NCBI GenBank assembly: GCA_020724555.1
Contig: DYGT01000001.1
Span: 131,197 to 177,214, forward strand
DNA length: 46,018 bases
From: Candidatus Microgenomatus sp.
GTDB lineage: Bacteria > Patescibacteriota > Microgenomatia > UBA8517
Direction of reading: 5' to 3'
The translations under genes and the position numbers were made by a program. Positions 28,352 through 38,247 of this stretch are shown in pieces. Below the pieces are notes generated by a model. The model worked only from the letters and a program-made list of their open reading frames with translations. It was not told the DNA's origin and made no database searches. Each line of letters begins with the position of its first letter. Position 1 is the stretch's first letter.

Positions 28352-29320
28352 TTATGGTGAAGAACTAAAATCTGTTCTTCTAGGATGATTCCGATGTTTG
28401 AAATACTCATAAGGTCCAATTAAGTTTCCAGCTATCCCTGCAAGTAGAATGTTTGCAGGAAGGGGATATCTTCCGGCTAAGCTTCGCAACATTCTGGAAG
28501 CATTTTGACCTGGCCGATAAACTAGTTGAAACAAACTCCTTGCGTCACCAAATTCCACGAAAAACTTCGTGTGGATTGCTGTGTCACTAATTCCATAAAC
28601 ATAAAGTTTTGATTTTAGTTCTTCCATAGTATCGGGGTGGTGATGAGCAACAACTGCCGTAGGATCATAAACAACCGTATGGCCATGTTGCAATACCTTA
28701 TATGTTAAATCTAGATCAGCTCCAGCACCTCCAATAGGTTCACCAGGGCCAAATCTTTCGTCATGTCCTTCTATCTCTTGTAGAACTTCTCTTTTTACCA
28801 CATGGTTTGCTCCCATAGTCACAAGTTGTACCGGCACTCCATGTAAGTAAAACCTATTAAAAAATTCTGGCCCAGCTACGATTCGTTTAGTTCCCTTGTC
28901 AAGTGCACCTTTCTTTTCCCACTTTTCTTGAGCTTCTGTTGTAGTCTCTGCTGCTATAACTCTACCAGATACATAAGCCACACTTTCTTCAGAAAAATTA
29001 GACATTAAACGATCCAGCCATTGTGAGTTAAGAACTACAATATCGTCGTCAAGAAACGCTATATATTTACTAGGGAGATTATCAATAGCTAAGTTCATAG
29101 CAGTACTTTTTCCCAAGCCTTTTGCAGGTATATACTCAGCAGGATACGAAAGCGTAACTTGCCTTGTGTCAGGAGTAGAGCTGCTATCTACAACGACGGG
29201 CTTAAAATCACTTCTCTCAAGGTATCCAAAATCTTGCAATGAGCCCAATAGACGATCAACATTATCAGGTCTATCCTTTGTCGGAATTATAAGTGATATT
29301 TCCCGCTGCTCTGCACTCAT
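28352..29320 (-). CDS. GT2 glycosyltransferase
   Basis: IIPTKDR, AFLDDD, GANH, DERFGPG, DLDL. Confidence 0.9.
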   Translation of the reverse strand: MSAEQREISLIIPTKDRPDNVDRLLGSLQDFGYLERSDFKPVVVDSSSTPDTRQVTLSYPAEYIPAKGLGKSTAMNLAIDNLPSKYIAFLDDDIVVLNSQWLDRLMSNFSEESVAYVSGRVIAAETTTEAQEKWEKKGALDKGTKRIVAGPEFFNRFYLHGVPVQLVTMGANHVVKREVLQEIEGHDERFGPGEPIGGAGADLDLTYKVLQHGHTVVYDPTAVVAHHHPDTMEELKSKLYVYGISDTAIHTKFFVEFGDARSLFQLVYRPGQNASRMLRSLAGRYPLPANILLAGIAGNLIGPYEYFKHRNHPRRTDFSSSP

Positions 29321-29913
29321 TTTTTGCCTCCCTTTAGAGTCTCTAACAAATCTTGTAATTCTTGAGTAACTTGCTCGACAGACTTTGTGCCATCTATCCT
29401 ATGGATTGCGGTAGCTGGCTCAAATACCGCTAAGAGCTTGTCATACCAATATTCAATCCTTTCGGGGAATTTAAGCCACATATTATTTTCATCAATTACT
29501 CGACCGGAGGTAACAGCACGCTCTGCTGAAACTTCAGGAGGAACATCTATAAAAATATAGTGGTCTGGTCTATAAAGCTTGCCTCCAAGCTCGTTAATAA
29601 ACCAACGATATACAGGGTACGCCGAGATTCCTCTTTGTTCTTCAAAGACAGTATAAAAGGTTAGAGTGGATAAGTAACCCCGATCTATCAATTTAATTGG
29701 TGCATCTGTTTCCCTTGCTCGCCGAAGCTTGTCTTCATCTCTTTCAAGAAAAAATTCAGTTGGAGGGTTCTTCAGGTCTGCGGGCCATTCTTTGTAAATT
29801 TTCGCTACATCAGCAGAAGTTATTGCCTGCATTGCAGTCGTTTTTCCACAGCAAGAGAGACCCTCTAAAAAGATTGTTAAAGTTTCTGGTAGATGTCTTA
29901 TTTCTGCGCTCAT
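29317..29913 (-). CDS. dTMP/deoxynucleoside kinase-like protein
   Basis: LEGLSCCGKTT P-loop, IDRGYLS, PDHYIFIDVPPE, IDGTKS. Confidence 0.8.
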   Translation of the reverse strand: MSAEIRHLPETLTIFLEGLSCCGKTTAMQAITSADVAKIYKEWPADLKNPPTEFFLERDEDKLRRARETDAPIKLIDRGYLSTLTFYTVFEEQRGISAYPVYRWFINELGGKLYRPDHYIFIDVPPEVSAERAVTSGRVIDENNMWLKFPERIEYWYDKLLAVFEPATAIHRIDGTKSVEQVTQELQDLLETLKGGKK

Positions 29914-29924
29914 GCGCCCGATAC

Positions 29925-30494
29925 TCAGGCAGAAGTCAAGTTATATTCTTTAACTAAATATTCAGCAAGCTTTATCCAACAATCCATATTCCAAAGCGAT
30001 AGTCTTTCTGTTTCTGAAAGGGTTCCAATTGGTTTGTCATAACCTTGTGGAATATAAAGCTGATCAATAGTCGATCCTTCACCTTGTGCTTCTATTGCTA
30101 GTTTTCCAGAATTTCGAGCTATAAAGCTGACAGGATCTTTTCCCGGTTCGCAATATGTTACGCATACTGGGCTGTACACTGTCCTGTTTTCTTTACCACT
30201 CATCAAGTTTAGCAAATCTTGAGGAGTAAACCACTGGTTTATAAATTTGATAAAGGGTCCGGGGAATCCGTTTAAAGCCTCAATGTAATATGCAGCATCT
30301 GTGACGACAACAGACTTGCCTAAGTGGTCACTAGCATACTTGGCTGAAAATTCTGCTACCTTTTGACAATCTGTGTGTTGAATTTCAGGAGTTTCAATTT
30401 TTTGATTAGTTAAGTTAATAGGGTATTTTGCCAAAATCATTCTTGCTTGTTCAAGCTTTCTTTGATTGCCGGTAACGAAAATTAAGTCAAACAT
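29925..30494 (-). CDS. HAM1/ITPase non-canonical NTP pyrophosphatase
   Basis: FVTGNQRK, PEIQ, ALNGFPGPFIK; lacks the usual FGYDP and SHR motifs. Confidence 0.85.
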   Translation of the reverse strand: MFDLIFVTGNQRKLEQARMILAKYPINLTNQKIETPEIQHTDCQKVAEFSAKYASDHLGKSVVVTDAAYYIEALNGFPGPFIKFINQWFTPQDLLNLMSGKENRTVYSPVCVTYCEPGKDPVSFIARNSGKLAIEAQGEGSTIDQLYIPQGYDKPIGTLSETERLSLWNMDCWIKLAEYLVKEYNLTSA

Positions 30495-30498
30495 ATGG

Positions 30499-30533
30499 CT
30501 TGGGTATTATAGCTGTCTTGGGTATTATAGCTA
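30499..30533 (-). repeat. Tandem duplication of a -10-containing unit upstream of HAM1
   Basis: CTTGGGTATTATAGCT twice; TATAAT on the minus strand. Confidence 0.65.
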
Positions 30534-30597
30534 TTAAGAAGCATAAAGTAAATTAAGTGTTGAAAAGCTTAAGATATTTGCTAAAGTAGAAAAATTT

Positions 30598-31082
30598 ATG
30601 ACCTTACCAATAAAAGAAGGAGAACCAACTCCTGTTCAAACAATGACTATGATCACATTTACCTATCTGAGAGAGAGGTTAGAACAATCACGGGATAAAA
30701 GAAACACCATGATGGGTGGTTTGGGAGGAGCCGCCCTCTGTTGTTCGAGATTTACAACTTTTAGATGCCGAGATTGATTGGATAAACCAAGTTCTAGAAA
30801 ATAGCGAGGTGTTTCCTGCAAGGGAGGAAACTGATACTGTCGGCATTGGCAATATAGTGAGACTCAAATTTATAGATGAAGAAGAGGAAGAAACCTTCGA
30901 TTGGGCACATCCATTGATGCCTCTTTTTCTGCTGGAAACGTACCATGGATTTCAACGGAAAGTTTACTTGGGAAGTTCTTGAGGGCAAAAAGCAAGGAGA
31001 GACTATCTTATATCAACTTCCAAGATCAGATCAAAAATTGTTTGTAAAAGTTCTGGAAATTTTACCCGAAGTTAAACCATGA
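30598..31082 (+). pseudogene. GreA/GreB-like protein, frameshifted
   Basis: DTVGIGNIVRLKF / WISTESLLG / EGKKQGET..VKVLEILP across frames. Confidence 0.65.
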
Positions 31083-31253
31083 CTAGCAGTATTTGACCCC
31101 AACCTTATTATTCGAATAAACTCCTAATCAGAAATTAATAAAAACTCCTATAATTCGCGATAAAATGCGCTGTGCTGAATGAAAAAAGTAAATTAGATAA
31201 TAGTGAAATAAGAAAAAGGATATGTCAAGTACCCCTTTTGGTAGACACGAATT

Positions 31254-32054
31254 CTAATACAGGTGTTTGTGTTTGAAAACGTTTGGTGGCATCTTTAGGG
31301 TTGTATGAATACGCTGGTTGTTGTAATAGAAAATTACTTGGTGAATTGCCTCAATAAGCTCTCCTGGTGTTTCAAATCTCTCAAATTCAAGCCCCAAGTC
31401 AGTCTTGAAATTATTGTAAAAGCTCTCCTGGTAGCCATTTTCCCAGGGGCTACTTTTCTTGCTCATTGATATTTGTATTCCTAATTTACCCATAAGCTCT
31501 GAGTATTCTTTTGAGCAGTACTCACTCCCTTGATCTGTATGTACCACTTTAGGCAAACCAGTATTTAGTACTGCATCCCAAAAGGCCTCAAGCACAAACT
31601 CCTTTGTGTGCTTGGTTGAGATACTCCAGCCAACAATCTCTCGTGTAAAAAGGTCCATAAAAGTGGCAAGATAGACAAATCTTTTGTTCCACCTCAGATA
31701 TGTAAAGTCCCCAACATAAACAATTCCTGAACTCAATGGGCAGAGGCCTTTGATAAGATTTTGGTACTCTGCCTCTGGTCTCCTCTCATCCCTCCTTTTT
31801 CTCCACCTTGCTTTTCTTTTGTATGGTTTAATTCCATATAGTTTCATGACTCTTCTGACTCTCTTCTTGCCAATACATAAGGCTAGAGCTATTCTTCTGT
31901 GGCCATAGCTGGGGTGGGCTGACATCACAGAAAGGATTTGTTGCCTCAAGACCTCATCTTTTGATACAAGTTTTTGTACCTTGTAAACAGAAGCCCTTGA
32001 TAATCCAAGAACAGCACAAATCCTTTCCTTGTTGAAAGAAGGAAACCTAGTCAC
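31254..32054 (-). CDS. IS3 transposase OrfB
   Basis: Protein identical to 26381-27181. Confidence 0.93.
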   Translation of the reverse strand: MTRFPSFNKERICAVLGLSRASVYKVQKLVSKDEVLRQQILSVMSAHPSYGHRRIALALCIGKKRVRRVMKLYGIKPYKRKARWRKRRDERRPEAEYQNLIKGLCPLSSGIVYVGDFTYLRWNKRFVYLATFMDLFTREIVGWSISTKHTKEFVLEAFWDAVLNTGLPKVVHTDQGSEYCSKEYSELMGKLGIQISMSKKSSPWENGYQESFYNNFKTDLGLEFERFETPGELIEAIHQVIFYYNNQRIHTTLKMPPNVFKHKHLY

Positions 32055-32323
32055 TAACCCCTTGAAGACATCTCTCTTTTTTTTAGCTTTGTCAAATCCA
32101 TTGTAAGAGCCCCAACTATGGCTTTTAATTCCTCATTTTCCCTCCTCAGTCTCCTCACCTCCATTACACTGGCACCAGAATCTGCTTTCCCCCTCAGCCA
32201 ATAGTAAATAGTCTTTGTACTCACTCCATAATCCTTTGACACATCAACTACCTTGGCTCCACCTTTAATTTTAGATATGATCTCCTCTTTGACTTCTTTT
32301 GATATTCCTGCCAACTTAACCAC
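32054..32323 (-). CDS. IS3 OrfA
   Basis: Protein identical to 27181-27450. Confidence 0.9.
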   Translation of the reverse strand: MVKLAGISKEVKEEIISKIKGGAKVVDVSKDYGVSTKTIYYWLRGKADSGASVMEVRRLRRENEELKAIVGALTMDLTKLKKREMSSRG

Positions 32324-32363
32324 CCCCTAGTCAGTAAGATTCATTTTAGAATCTGTGTCTACT

Positions 32364-34712
32364 TTAATGGGTACCTGTCACAAAGATAAAGTCAGTTTTG
32401 GCTGGATCATTGATTGCGCCTGTGTAATAAATGTCCTCAACATTGTCTGGGTCTTCACCGAGTTTAGTAAGCATTCGCTCAAAAAACTCCCGCTCATCCT
32501 CGGAGTCAAAGTTGTAAGGATCGTAATGAAAGCCAAAGAGCGGTAGTTGCCCAGCCTTTACCTTGTAATCTTTCAGTTCCAGCACATATTTTTCCAGAGA
32601 GGTTTTGTTGACTCTGATATGGGTCACATAGGAGGTTTTACCGTCAATGGTTTCTTCCTCGAATCCTTTTTGTTTGATAAGAGCTAATGCCTCCTCGACT
32701 GTTTCATTGACCACTTTGTAGCGCATGGTTTGTTTTTCTATTTGGGAGCGTATAAGTTCCAGTTCAAACGCTCCGATTTCACCCTCTGGGTATAAGCCTT
32801 GAAGCAGTTTATAAGTTTTTAATGAGTCCAGGCGGTAGGCATGAGCCAGGACTACGGCAGCTTGGAATAGATCAATCTTTCTGTCTGTCACCGCTCCTTT
32901 CTGAGTTCCCACTTCAACCAGCACCCCTTTCCTTTGGGCTTTGGACATAGAGTAAATAGTCTTTTCAAAGGATTTGACCGTTTCTTTGCCTGGTTTATCG
33001 ATTTTTAGATTTTCTGCAGCTTTCGAGTCTTCTGGGACTATCTTTTGGATGAGCTTTTTAACCAGCAATGGTTCAAGCTCAATCTTTCTGAGGGTCACCT
33101 TGACTGATACCATGTCAGCTGCAACCCTATTGAGATCGTCCAGCCCTTCCCCAAAGGTTTCTTGCAACTGCCGATCAAGAATGGAGACATTATCTTTTGA
33201 GAGATAAATCTTAGCTTTCTTGGTGTTGCCATTAACCTGCCTTAAACATCGACTGGCAGCTTGTAAAACAAAGTTATTGCTTGAAGTGAGTTTCCTTGCC
33301 AGGGCTGTAGCAAATAAGGATAGGCAGTTCCACCCTTCCGTGCCTTTATTAACAAGTAGGAAGACTCGGTAGGGCAGTTTGGGATCGTTGATGCGGTTGT
33401 CAAAAAGGTCTTTGACCTCGTCTGTTGATTTATTATGCACTGGTAAGACGACTGAAGGGTCGATTTTAAGAGAGATGAGAGTTTGCTCAACTATTGGTTG
33501 AGCTTTTTCTAAATCACCGATCTGGGGGAAGTAGATTGCCAGCTTTGCGTATTCGCCGCTTTCGACTCGGACATCTTTGTATTCCTGGAAGAAGTCTTTG
33601 ACAATATCGATCACAAAGTCTTTCTCGGAGACCTTCGGATAAGCCATAATGTTGCCCCTAACTTCTTTGAGGATGCCGTCTTCAATGCCCTGGGACAGCC
33701 CATACCAGTAAATAACATCCCGCAGCAGCTGTCTTTGGTAGTAAGGAGTGCCTGTGGTGTTAACAACTGCCAGAAGATTGGTTTTTTCACTGATGTAGTT
33801 AATGGTCTGGCGCACCCGCTTGAGATCCTCTGCTAATGCTTGTCCGTAGGTGTGATGCGCTTCGTCTGAGAAGACCGCCAGGTGAGGCAGTGAAGTGATG
33901 GTTTGCAGTCTTAAATTAGCCACCAGCTGCTTTGCTTCTTCAACTTCCAGTTTCAACTGCCCTGAGAGAAGGGATTTGGGGATGCTGTTCTTTTGAAGCC
34001 GTATCTTCTCGGTGTTGGTGACGATGACATTAAAGGAACTGCCTCGGATAACAGGGATGTCTTTCTCACCATCTCTGGTGTAGGTGAATTTAACATTGGT
34101 GATAAAGGATTTATAAAAACGGGGAGGAAGTATCTTGTCATAGGGAGTATCTGAGATTTCCTTTAATGCACCTAAAATAGTTTTTCCAGGCGCAAAGACC
34201 AGAGCATTTTTGATAAAGATGCCGTCTTCATCCTGATATTCCAAAGCCATCACAAACTCGGTAGCGATAATAGAGGCGATCAGGATTGTCTTACCCGCTC
34301 CCATTGCCAATGCCAGGATATAACTGGGGTATGAAAGGGTAAGTGTCTCCCTCAAAGCTTCAAGCTTATACTTCTTAACAAAGACATTATCAGTTTTTAC
34401 CTTTTCGAAGATTGTGTCTATTCCGCCTCCTGCCAGTAACAAGTCGGTTAGATCCTCCTCTGACAGAGAAATCCCAAGAGCTTTCAGCAGATCCTTACCT
34501 TGGAAGTATTCTTTATAAAGCTCAAAGATATTAGGTGTGTTTTTGACCAAGCGCAGATACCAGTAAGTTTCGAGTGCCTCAAATTGTGCTTGTCTTAGAA
34601 AATTATTTTTATTGAAGTTTAGGATGGTTGCAATAACAGGGTAGGAGGAGGGATAACCCTGCTGTCTCCAGTTAATTACATCTGATTTTAATTGTTGATA
34701 TAAGTTGCTCAT
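32364..34712 (-). pseudogene. Type III restriction Res-like SF2 helicase, truncated by IS3 within the nuclease domain
   Basis: AMGAGKT, DEAHH, TGTP, EGWN; the last residues (TGTH*) come from the IS end. Confidence 0.8.
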
Positions 34713-34713
34713 A

Positions 34714-34899
34714 TTATATTTTCATTAATTTTTCTATGTCTTCTGGTCGATAGCGCCTGTCTCCTCGCTCGTTTACCCTTATGGCTTTGAGTTTCCCGCG
34801 CTTGTCCCAACGCCTTAAAGTCTCCACATGCACATTCAGGATCTCTGAAGCCTGTTTTATTGTTAGCAACTTTGGCAATGTCGTGTTTTTCTTCGGCAT
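34714..34899 (-). CDS. MerR/excisionase-like HTH protein
   Basis: LLTIKQASEILNVHVETLRRWD..GDRRY. Confidence 0.85.
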   Translation of the reverse strand: MPKKNTTLPKLLTIKQASEILNVHVETLRRWDKRGKLKAIRVNERGDRRYRPEDIEKLMKI

Positions 34900-34962
34900 A
34901 CCTCAACAAAAGTATACTAAAACTAAGGAGAAAAAGTAATAGGGTTTCTTGATTCTTTCCCG

Positions 34963-34992
34963 TTGACTTTTCATCAACTGCTTTCATATAAT
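34963..34992 (+). promoter_or_regulatory. Sigma70 promoter with possible ArsR operator
   Basis: TTGACT-18 nt-TATAAT; imperfect dyad ATCAA-CTGCT-TTCAT in the spacer. Confidence 0.55.
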
Positions 34993-34998
34993 ATGAAC

Positions 34999-35322
34999 AT
35001 GGGTTCATACAGTTGTTGCTCACCATCAAGTAAGGAATCAAAACAAGTCGAGTCGTTATCCTCACTTCTTAAGTTGGTGTCCGAGGAAAGCCGTTTAAAG
35101 CTCTTGTGCATTCTTCGCCGAGGGGAGCATTGTGTGTGTGAGCTGATGGAGCATGTAGATATGTCCCAGAGCCTGATTTCCCATCACCTCAAGGATTTAA
35201 AGGATGCTGGTGTTGTTACGGACAACAAGCAGGGTTTGCGGGTGTATTACTCGCTTACCGATAAAGGCAAGCAGATTACCAATTTGTTATTTAAGATTTC
35301 TGAAAAGGGGGTGGCTTTATGA
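34999..35322 (+). CDS. arsR: ArsR/SmtB transcriptional repressor
   Basis: EHCVCEL, SQSLISHHLKDL, N-terminal CC. Confidence 0.88.
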   Translation: MGSYSCCSPSSKESKQVESLSSLLKLVSEESRLKLLCILRRGEHCVCELMEHVDMSQSLISHHLKDLKDAGVVTDNKQGLRVYYSLTDKGKQITNLLFKISEKGVAL

Positions 35323-35561
35323 AAATCCAAGTCTTAGGTTCAGGCTGTCCTACTTGCAAGAAGCTGTATGAACTAACTCAGCAAGCGGTCAAAGAGCTCA
35401 ATCTTAACGAGGAGGTTGAGTATATTACCGATGTCTCAAAGATCATTGAAATGGGAGTAATGTCCAGCCCTGTTCTTGCCGTTGACGGAAAGCCTGTCAT
35501 GGTTGGTTTCTTACCCGATGTAGAGAAAGTTAAGAGTCTTCTTAAGGAGGCGCAGAAGTAA
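35319..35561 (+). CDS. Small redox-active disulfide protein (MTH895-like)
   Basis: MKIQVLGSGCPTC, GVMSSPVLAVDG. Confidence 0.9.
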   Translation: MKIQVLGSGCPTCKKLYELTQQAVKELNLNEEVEYITDVSKIIEMGVMSSPVLAVDGKPVMVGFLPDVEKVKSLLKEAQK

Positions 35562-35564
35562 TTT

Positions 35565-36545
35565 ATGGATATTTTTAGACCCTTACAACTTTTTGCTGAT
35601 CTTGCCACCTACGGGTGGCTCAATTTAGGCAGGCAGTCTTATTTGGGCAGTGCTGTCAATTTCTTCATTTATGATGTTCTAAAAATCGGATTGCTTTTGG
35701 TGGTTATCAACTACTTCATGGCGATTACCCGCTACTATTTCCCGATGGAGAAAGTGCGGGATATGCTTACCAAAAGACGCTGGTTTGGGTTGGATTATCT
35801 ATTTGCTGCCGCACTGGGTGTTATCACTCCGTTTTGCTCCTGCTCTTCTATACCGCTTTTTATTGGCTTTGTGGGTGCAGGAATCCCTTTGGGGGTGACT
35901 TTTGCCTTCCTGATCAGCTCTCCACTGGTTAATGAGTCCTCTTTATATCTGTTTCCTGCAATGTTTGGTATGAAGGTAACTGTTTTATATAACCTGGTTG
36001 GTATTGCTGTGGCAGTTCTGGGAGGAATGTTAGTTCATCGGTTGCGAGTTGAAAAATATGTCAAACAAGAACTATTGAAGTTTAAATCCAGAAAACAAGT
36101 CGAGGAAGAACATGGAGGATTGGCATTACCCCCCAAAGAACTCCTGGGTTATTTTTGGAAAGACGGCATGGCAATTACCAAAGAAGTGTTTCCTTATGTG
36201 GTCTTGGGGGTTGGTATCGGAGCTTTGATTCATGGTTTCGTCCCTGCCCATCTGGTGGAACAATACTTGGCAGTCGAAACTTGGTGGACAGTTCCTTTAG
36301 CAACACTTTTTGGGTCTCCTTTGTATGCTAATTCGGTTAGTGTTATTCCTGTAATGGAGGCTTTAGTCCTTAAGGGTGTGCCTCTGGGAACAGCGCTGGC
36401 TTTTATGACGGCGATTGTGACTGTTTCTATCCCTCAAGCGATGATTTTAAAAAAAGTCATGAAATGGGAACTATTGACTTTATTTTTCGGAATTACAATC
36501 ATCGGCATTATGGTCATGGGTTATTTATTTAACTGGATTTTATAA
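35565..36545 (+). CDS. DUF318/ArsP-family permease
   Basis: TPFCSCSSIPLF, FLISSPLVNE, GVPLGTALAFM. Confidence 0.9.
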   Translation: MDIFRPLQLFADLATYGWLNLGRQSYLGSAVNFFIYDVLKIGLLLVVINYFMAITRYYFPMEKVRDMLTKRRWFGLDYLFAAALGVITPFCSCSSIPLFIGFVGAGIPLGVTFAFLISSPLVNESSLYLFPAMFGMKVTVLYNLVGIAVAVLGGMLVHRLRVEKYVKQELLKFKSRKQVEEEHGGLALPPKELLGYFWKDGMAITKEVFPYVVLGVGIGALIHGFVPAHLVEQYLAVETWWTVPLATLFGSPLYANSVSVIPVMEALVLKGVPLGTALAFMTAIVTVSIPQAMILKKVMKWELLTLFFGITIIGIMVMGYLFNWIL

Positions 36546-36547
36546 GT

Positions 36548-37015
36548 ATGAAACAAGCTATTTTTACTATCGCTATCATCCTGGTTATCGTTGGTCTGCT
36601 TACTGCAGTGGTTTTAGGTAGTAAGGGCAGAAAAGCTGACACACAAGCCACACAGCAGCCTTCAGGGGCTGCTTCTTCAGCGACTCCCGCTCTCAGCATC
36701 CAAATGCCTATTTTCTTCTATGGTAATACCTGCCCGCACTGCGCCGATGTTGAGAAATGGATGCAGGAGAATAAGATTGAAGAGAAAATTGAAGTTGTTA
36801 AAAAAGAAGTGTATGACAACCGAGCCAATTCTCTGGAGTTGTCCCAAGCGGCAGAAAGCTGCGGTCTGGACACCTCTTCAATCGGTGTGCCGTTTCTTTT
36901 TACTCCTGAAGGCAAGTGTCTTATTGGCACGCCTGATATTGTTGGCTATTTAAGCGATAAAGCTGGTTTGTCTGGCAGTAATGAGGCAACCGAGTCTGGA
37001 AAGGAGGCTGAATGA
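36548..37015 (+). CDS. Membrane-anchored glutaredoxin/thioredoxin-like protein
   Basis: FYGNTCPHC, IGVPFL, additional Cys pair. Confidence 0.85.
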   Translation: MKQAIFTIAIILVIVGLLTAVVLGSKGRKADTQATQQPSGAASSATPALSIQMPIFFYGNTCPHCADVEKWMQENKIEEKIEVVKKEVYDNRANSLELSQAAESCGLDTSSIGVPFLFTPEGKCLIGTPDIVGYLSDKAGLSGSNEATESGKEAE

Positions 37016-37521
37016 TGAAACTGCTTTTAAGTGTGTTTGCCATGCTCATAGCTTTCCTGATGACAGTTACGCAGGCTCATGCGGTCTGTCCTGTCTGCAC
37101 GGTAGCGGTAGGAGCGGGACTTGGTATTTCTCGCTGGATTGGTATTGATGATAGTGTGACGGGTATTTGGGTTGGCGGGCTGATTCTATCCAGCGGTTTA
37201 TGGCTTGCTGATTGGATTGGTAAGAAAGGGTGGAAAGTGCCATATAAAGAGGCAGTTTCTGTTGGGCTATTCTTTTTGTTTGTCATACCGCCCTTGTATT
37301 GGAGCAAGATGATTGGTCTTCCTGGCAACACCTTATGGGGAGTTGATAAGGTGTTACTGGGAACAGTGATTGGCTCAGTTATTTTTCTTGGCGGTGTCTG
37401 GCTGGATAAGTGGCTGAGAACAACTAATGGTGGCAAGGTGTATGTTTACTATCAAAAAGTGATTATCCCAGTGTTTCTCTTGTCGCTTGCCAGTTTTGTC
37501 TTTTATCTTATTACCAGTTAA
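37012..37521 (+). CDS. CPVC-motif membrane protein
   Basis: AVCPVCTVAVGAGLG, GIDD, QKVIIPV. Confidence 0.85.
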   Translation: MMKLLLSVFAMLIAFLMTVTQAHAVCPVCTVAVGAGLGISRWIGIDDSVTGIWVGGLILSSGLWLADWIGKKGWKVPYKEAVSVGLFFLFVIPPLYWSKMIGLPGNTLWGVDKVLLGTVIGSVIFLGGVWLDKWLRTTNGGKVYVYYQKVIIPVFLLSLASFVFYLITS

Positions 37522-37534
37522 AGGAGGTGAAACT

Positions 37535-38092
37535 ATGAAAAACAAACAAATTCAGCCTGACATTAACGAGTTTATGGACAAGGTTAAAAAGATGGAGAGG
37601 GGAGAAAAACTCGATCTTTCATCAGACGAAGATCTTTCTATTGGTATTATGAACCTAATTTCAATGGAGGAGCATTTCTTCTTTTCCTACAACAAAACCA
37701 AAGATCCTAAATATCTTGATCTTTTAAACGAGATTCGAGAGATGCGAAAAAGCACCTTGAAGCGGATTATCAAAGACTATGAGGGAGAGGTCTGGTGTAT
37801 CAGTAAACACTTACTGGCTGCCTCGATGCGTTTTATGGAGGTTGGCACAAAGGCGCTTACCAAGGGTGACAAAGGTGATGCTGAGGATATGTTCCAGAAG
37901 TCCTACCAGCTTTATAGCTTGTTCTGGGGATTAAATCTGGGCTTAGTGCAGACCAAGGACATAAAGCATACCGATTCAAAAGAGGTTGCTTTTGTCAGCG
38001 AAGATCCAAAGCCTTCAGTTAAAGGTTCGACAGGCATCTTTGAGAAGCTGGGTCAGTTGGTGCAAAAAGCGATTGATTGCTGTAAGGAGTAA
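37535..38092 (+). CDS. Hypothetical protein with C-terminal CC
   Basis: AAGGAGGT RBS before ATG 37535; EVWCISKHLL, AIDCCKE. Confidence 0.85.
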   Translation: MKNKQIQPDINEFMDKVKKMERGEKLDLSSDEDLSIGIMNLISMEEHFFFSYNKTKDPKYLDLLNEIREMRKSTLKRIIKDYEGEVWCISKHLLAASMRFMEVGTKALTKGDKGDAEDMFQKSYQLYSLFWGLNLGLVQTKDIKHTDSKEVAFVSEDPKPSVKGSTGIFEKLGQLVQKAIDCCKE

Positions 38093-38094
38093 GG

Positions 38095-38236
38095 CTTAGA
38101 AGTTAAGAAAACGGTTGACTTCCTTGTTGGTAAATTCAGGGTATTCCAGCTCAGTTGCCCAGTCTGTTCTTCTGAAAACATACCATCGTTCGAGCATCCT
38201 AAAAACCCAATCGGATAGAATGTTTTCCGAACATTT
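38095..38236 (-). repeat. 142-bp boundary element, copy 1 (ORF 38197-38096)
   Basis: Ungapped alignment to 41284-41425; encodes MLERWYVFRRTDWATELEYPEFTNKEVNRFLNF*. Confidence 0.9.
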
Positions 38237-38247
38237 GTAACGATTGA

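Larger units (their letters stand above)
31223..32380 (-). mobile_element. IS3-family element, copy 2 (1158 bp)
   Basis: Same ends, length and proteins as copy 1; no target duplication. Confidence 0.93.

Noticed and set aside
34709-35065. Antisense or overlapping ORFs (also 915-1205, 15775-16146, 19406-19813, 21355-21678, 41957-42322)
   Set aside because: They overlap well-supported genes and show no recognisable motifs.
38096-38197. 33-aa ORF as a type I toxin
   Set aside because: The peptide is charged and lacks a hydrophobic helix.
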